From positions 3,038,001 to 3,102,000 of the forward strand of contig JBLDXI010000019.1 in assembly GCA_047495785.1 (NCBI GenBank): a stretch of 64,000 nucleotides of DNA, in the 5' to 3' direction. This DNA comes from Lepidodermella squamata. Taxonomy: Eukaryota > Animalia > Gastrotricha. Below are positions 59,831 to 64,000 of the stretch, piece by piece (position 1 is the stretch's first letter; each line of letters starts with the position of its first letter). Position numbers and translations under genes: made by a program. The notes beneath the pieces are model-generated. The model saw only the letters and a program-made list of their open reading frames with translations. It ran no database searches and had not been told where the DNA came from.

Positions 59831-62796
59831 TCATATGGCAATTCTACCATAGTGTAACGACGGCATTATGAAGAACATAATAACAGGTGTAGACAATATG
59901 CAGGTCAGGTAGGCAATCATCACAAGCCGATCTGTGACGTTGGCCAGATACATCCATTTGCCTCGAACAATTTTTGTATGCCTCGATCGCTTGATCATCA
60001 TCAGCGCCTCCTCAACCAGCAAAGCTGATAGGTGAAACACACATTTTTGGGATACATATCAATTCAATGAAGCATACCTTGCCTTCGTTGTCGAATAGTT
60101 TTGTCAAGTTGCAGTTGGCTCAATTGCCTTTCTTCCGCCTTCCTCCGCTCAAAGGTAACAGCAGCAGCCGATAGTTCACTCAACTTTGGTAGATTGCAAT
60201 GAGAATTACTTTGTTTTTTCTTATGACGACTGGGCACAGGGACCTTCCGATTACTAGCAGCCGTCGAAGCTAAATTCGCGGCTGCCTCTATGGCGGCTAA
60301 ATGGTCCACCGGTCCATTCCCGTGGCTTTCAACGATAATTCTCGTAAATTGGTCGATTCTAGGCGGAGGGACCGGTGGGGCTGGAAGGGGTGGTAAAGGC
60401 GGCAATTTCTTTGCAGGATCTCCTCCGTTCATTTCTTTCGTTTTTTCCCCTTCGATAATTTTGGGTGGCCTACGCATGCTGTTCTCCTCCTCAGAGCTAT
60501 CTGAGTCCTCCAAAACTACCCTAGCCGGAGTCCTGGGGCGTGAAGAGCTCGATTCTGAAGTCGGGGTCTTAGCTAAGCCATTGGCGATTGGCTTCGATTT
60601 TTTAGATTCGTTGCCTTCATCTTCACTCTCCAGAGCATCGACTGCTTTTTCAGCAGCTTCAATTATCTTTGCTGGGTCAAAGCCTATCACCTGTCCAATA
60701 GTAATCGCTAGCGATAGCAAACGTTCCGGCATGGGCTGAAACGGGAAATCCGGGAATTCGTTATTGATAGGACTAACAATGCTCACATTCTTCTGCTCCC
60801 GTTGCCATAGCGACATGAAGACGAAACCTTCGCCTAATATAGCCATTCCGATGAAAGTCATCTGAAACACAGAAAGCGTGTATAACCGTAATATAAGTCT
60901 TAATATTTCGGTTTCGTCACCTGCATGATGATGTACATGGATAATAGGGGGATATTGTCTGCGGTACGGGGCATGTCTCCAGCAACCATCAGTTGAAAAA
61001 CGGAATAGGCCAAAAGACAGGTGAAACTACGCCAAAGATTGCGAGATGCCCTCACAGTTCACTGAAATCTTACCTTATAGGAATCTAGAGGAAAGAAACT
61101 AAACAATTTAATGAAAATAAAGCAAACGTTACCTTCTCCATCTCGTCCTTATAGAAAAACAATTATTTACGAAAATTACTCAAGGCTAAAGGTTTACCGT
61201 TGGCAGCATGAAAATAACCATTTCCATTATTCCTGAAATCAAACAATTATAAGAAATACTGAATCCAGAGATGAATTGGGGATTCTCACCAATTATGACG
61301 GATGGAAGGATAACATTCATCTTGTAATAGGCCGTTTTTCTCCGGAGATGAAGCGAAAAAGTGATCTAGTGACAAAATTATGACCTTGGAATTTTTTGTT
61401 GGATAAGATTACTCTACTGAAGTATTCTCCAGGAACTTCGTAAGTGATATTGCTCAGGACCTGTGTTAAAGGCTATGCGATGGAAGGTATGTGCTATTTT
61501 TCAAGATTTACAGATGCCTCCATCCCAACCAACAGCCATTGTTCGTTTTCGACCCAATGAAGAGTGGACGCTAAAAATTTACAGTAATATGAATGACTCT
61601 CTCATTGAAATAGTCTTCATCAAAGCCAATACTTGCGTTCTCTTCAGGAATCGTAAAAACTTGCCACGCAGTTGTGTAGAGCCAAGATTCAATCAGAAGC
61701 TCGCAAATTTGCTCGTCATAAGGAAAGTACCTTACAAAATAAAGAGTTTCTACATATTTTCATTATTTCATGTTCGAAACAAACTTCAAATCAATGTCGC
61801 ATAAAGTCGTGAATGTGCCTTGAAGCCATTGGTGAAACAATGAAACGCGAAAATTCAGCAGGAGTAAAGGCTTACTTTCCTGTCAAATTTCCACACAAAA
61901 TCATTCCAATAAATTCAGAGCTCATTATTAGGCTTACCGGATAATATTGACACAAGCCATTGCTTATAGAACATTACTAATTAGGTTTGATTATCTGAAT
62001 TTCGAAACAACTCACCTGTTAACTTGAATCTTGTGCCCCCTGTTTGAAAATTATTTTGCACCAAACCGTGAAAAATCCTTGAAACTTACGCCGTCCTCAC
62101 GACTCCATAAATATCGCCTGTAATCGAAAAATGTAAAGATGGCGTTAGCCTAGGAAAATTCCTACCTGTATTAACCAAAGCTACATCCGGCCACCACAGC
62201 TTTTTGAGTTAAGTTTCAGAACAATCATTCGAGTAAGGCATATTTTACCTCTTCAGCTGTGATATTTAAGGAAAATGTGTTCAGCCATTCCGATATATAG
62301 AATTCCTAAGCATACCTGGTACCAGGAACTTCGGTACACAGCTCATGTTTGTATTGTTGTAGATCATGAAGTCGTCTCTCCAAGCTATGATCAAGTAACC
62401 AGTCAGAATCATGGTTTCATCCTTCTCAACCTATTGAAACAAAAATGTGAAACATCGCAGATAGCTGACTTCATATTTTCATACAATGTTATTAACTCGC
62501 TGAAGTACCAATGAAATGTCAACTTCGACTGGTTCCGTTGCATCCTTTCTCGGTCTTATTTGCTTTTTGTAATTGGCGAACAGATAGTTGTAAATTTCCT
62601 TCTCGCTGACTGAAATGACGGATTTTCTTGAAATTACTTTGCAAAATAACTTAGCTATTTTACCAAGGCATTTTGCTAGCTCTTCGGAAGTGTCTCTTAC
62701 TAGAAGATCCGAGGTGACATTACTTGAATTTTGAGCCATGATGCCGTGCACGGCCCCAAATAAAACAAGAATCAGCACGTTAAGTTTTGTTGTCAT
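59831..62796 (-). CDS. Non-alpha nicotinic-type Cys-loop receptor subunit, many small exons
   Basis: Signal peptide; YKKQIRP, LWWPD, spliced CDIDLKYFPYDEQIC, ENEQW, LRRKTAYY, M2 EKIPISFTCLLAYSVF, long Pro-rich M3-M4 loop, M4 WMYLANVTDRL; loop C has no CC. Confidence 0.9.
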
Positions 62797-64000
62797 GCTC
62801 TAATGTTTCGATAATTCACATATGACTATAATGACTGGGGTTTTTCTGGAAGCCTCGATTTTATTTGATGTAATTCGATACCATTTACAGACGATTTTGA
62901 GCTACGGATTTGTATGCGTAGAGAGTAGACGGGTCAATATTTACTCGTGTTAGCACGAGTTAGTTCAGCAAAATACAATAATTCGGTGTAAATATAGGCA
63001 AATATAGCGAATTCTTATATTCTTGGCTAGGAAAAATATAGGTTCAGCAGGTTCATAAAATTGGTGCCACCGTATACCGTATATTTGATTTTATTTCTCG
63101 ATGAAAACAATGCGATTAAAAGAAAACATCTTCATGATTTTACTTTTTGAGGGTGGGAAGGTGGAAAATCTTTGGATGTATGACTTTGAAGTACTTCGAA
63201 GCTTCCATAATTATATATCATTAGCTCTTATCGACGTGACGATATCGAATAGGGCCAATTTTCGCACCTGAAGATACGTTTTTTCAAATTCGATTCATTA
63301 CCAAATTTAGCCATGAATAGTTCTTTGGCAAAACGCTCGAATCACGTGATTTTTCAAGACGACAGACGAAAAAAGTTGTGCTTTTAATGACCATAATATC
63401 AAAGCTTTGAAGCAAGGGTGAATAGTTTTGTTCGTAGCCTCATCCAGTCCTATCGCAATCCACGGTTTATCGACAAGCTTCAGGTACTCAGCTCCGTAAC
63501 TGACTGATGCTCCATATATAGATAACACCCACAGTGATTCCTTCAACCATAACGCCAGCTTTGATCATTCCCAAAATACTGAACCTTTCCGTCTGGTACA
63601 TCACAGCATTCGGAGGCGAGGCGAGAGAGCGTTGTAGGAAACATGAAAAAGAGTGAGTTTACATTCCGATAATAAGCGAACACCAAAAAACTGTGAGAAA
63701 AACATGAATTGTCAGGTGTTTTGGACGCATTAAAGTCGATTAATTTTCCCTGTGAAAACATTGGTTCACAAGCTAATCCAGGTTCCTACTTATGATTAGC
63801 CACTATTCAACCGATCGATGTGGATTTTACAGGAACACCTGACAAAAAGGCTTTCTTAGAAATAGAGCGATAAGGATTAACTAGGTCTACGCGCACAGTC
63901 GAGCAGTGAATCACCCCTTGACATCGCCAAGACGGCGGGACACCCACGCTAATATCCTTGATTCTCAACAAGGGTTCTCGATAAGGCTTCTCTTACCGAA

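Noticed and set aside
63307-63761. Minus-strand ORF pieces with weak GPCR-like character
   Set aside because: Fragmented and no clear motif; needs a profile search

Overview
Eukaryotic (invertebrate metazoan-type) genomic DNA, AT-rich, with very short GT-AG introns (mostly 48-65 nt), so the ORF track misses or splits most real genes; the organism cannot be identified from the sequence. The dominant feature is a cluster, spread over 0.1-51.6 kb, of 16 intact-looking two-exon genes (plus a pseudogene and a fragment) for ~90-125 aa secreted proteins. They share a signal peptide, one phase-1 intron at the same position, a basic helical middle and (in most) a C-x9-C motif followed by a conserved F-Y-x-x-x-Q-x-x-A-R/K tail. 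I do not recognise the family. Interleaved with it are: a prohormone-like precursor with 32 identical GEENYQEA units separated by KR, and a relic of a second such gene; three copies of an ankyrin-repeat gene (one with a DSGLNS IkB-type degron, one without it, one with the degron but all repeats deleted in frame); and an intronless Cys-loop receptor. Mobile DNA includes a complete DD41D Tc1/mariner element carrying a second spliced Myb-like gene, a LINE fragment and many MITEs. The right end holds a mucin/TSP1-like type I membrane protein, an intronless secreted IPT+AMOP protein, and a non-alpha nicotinic-type subunit built with 4-, 8-, 11- and 15-nt microexons. All gene models were read by hand and are unverified by transcripts.
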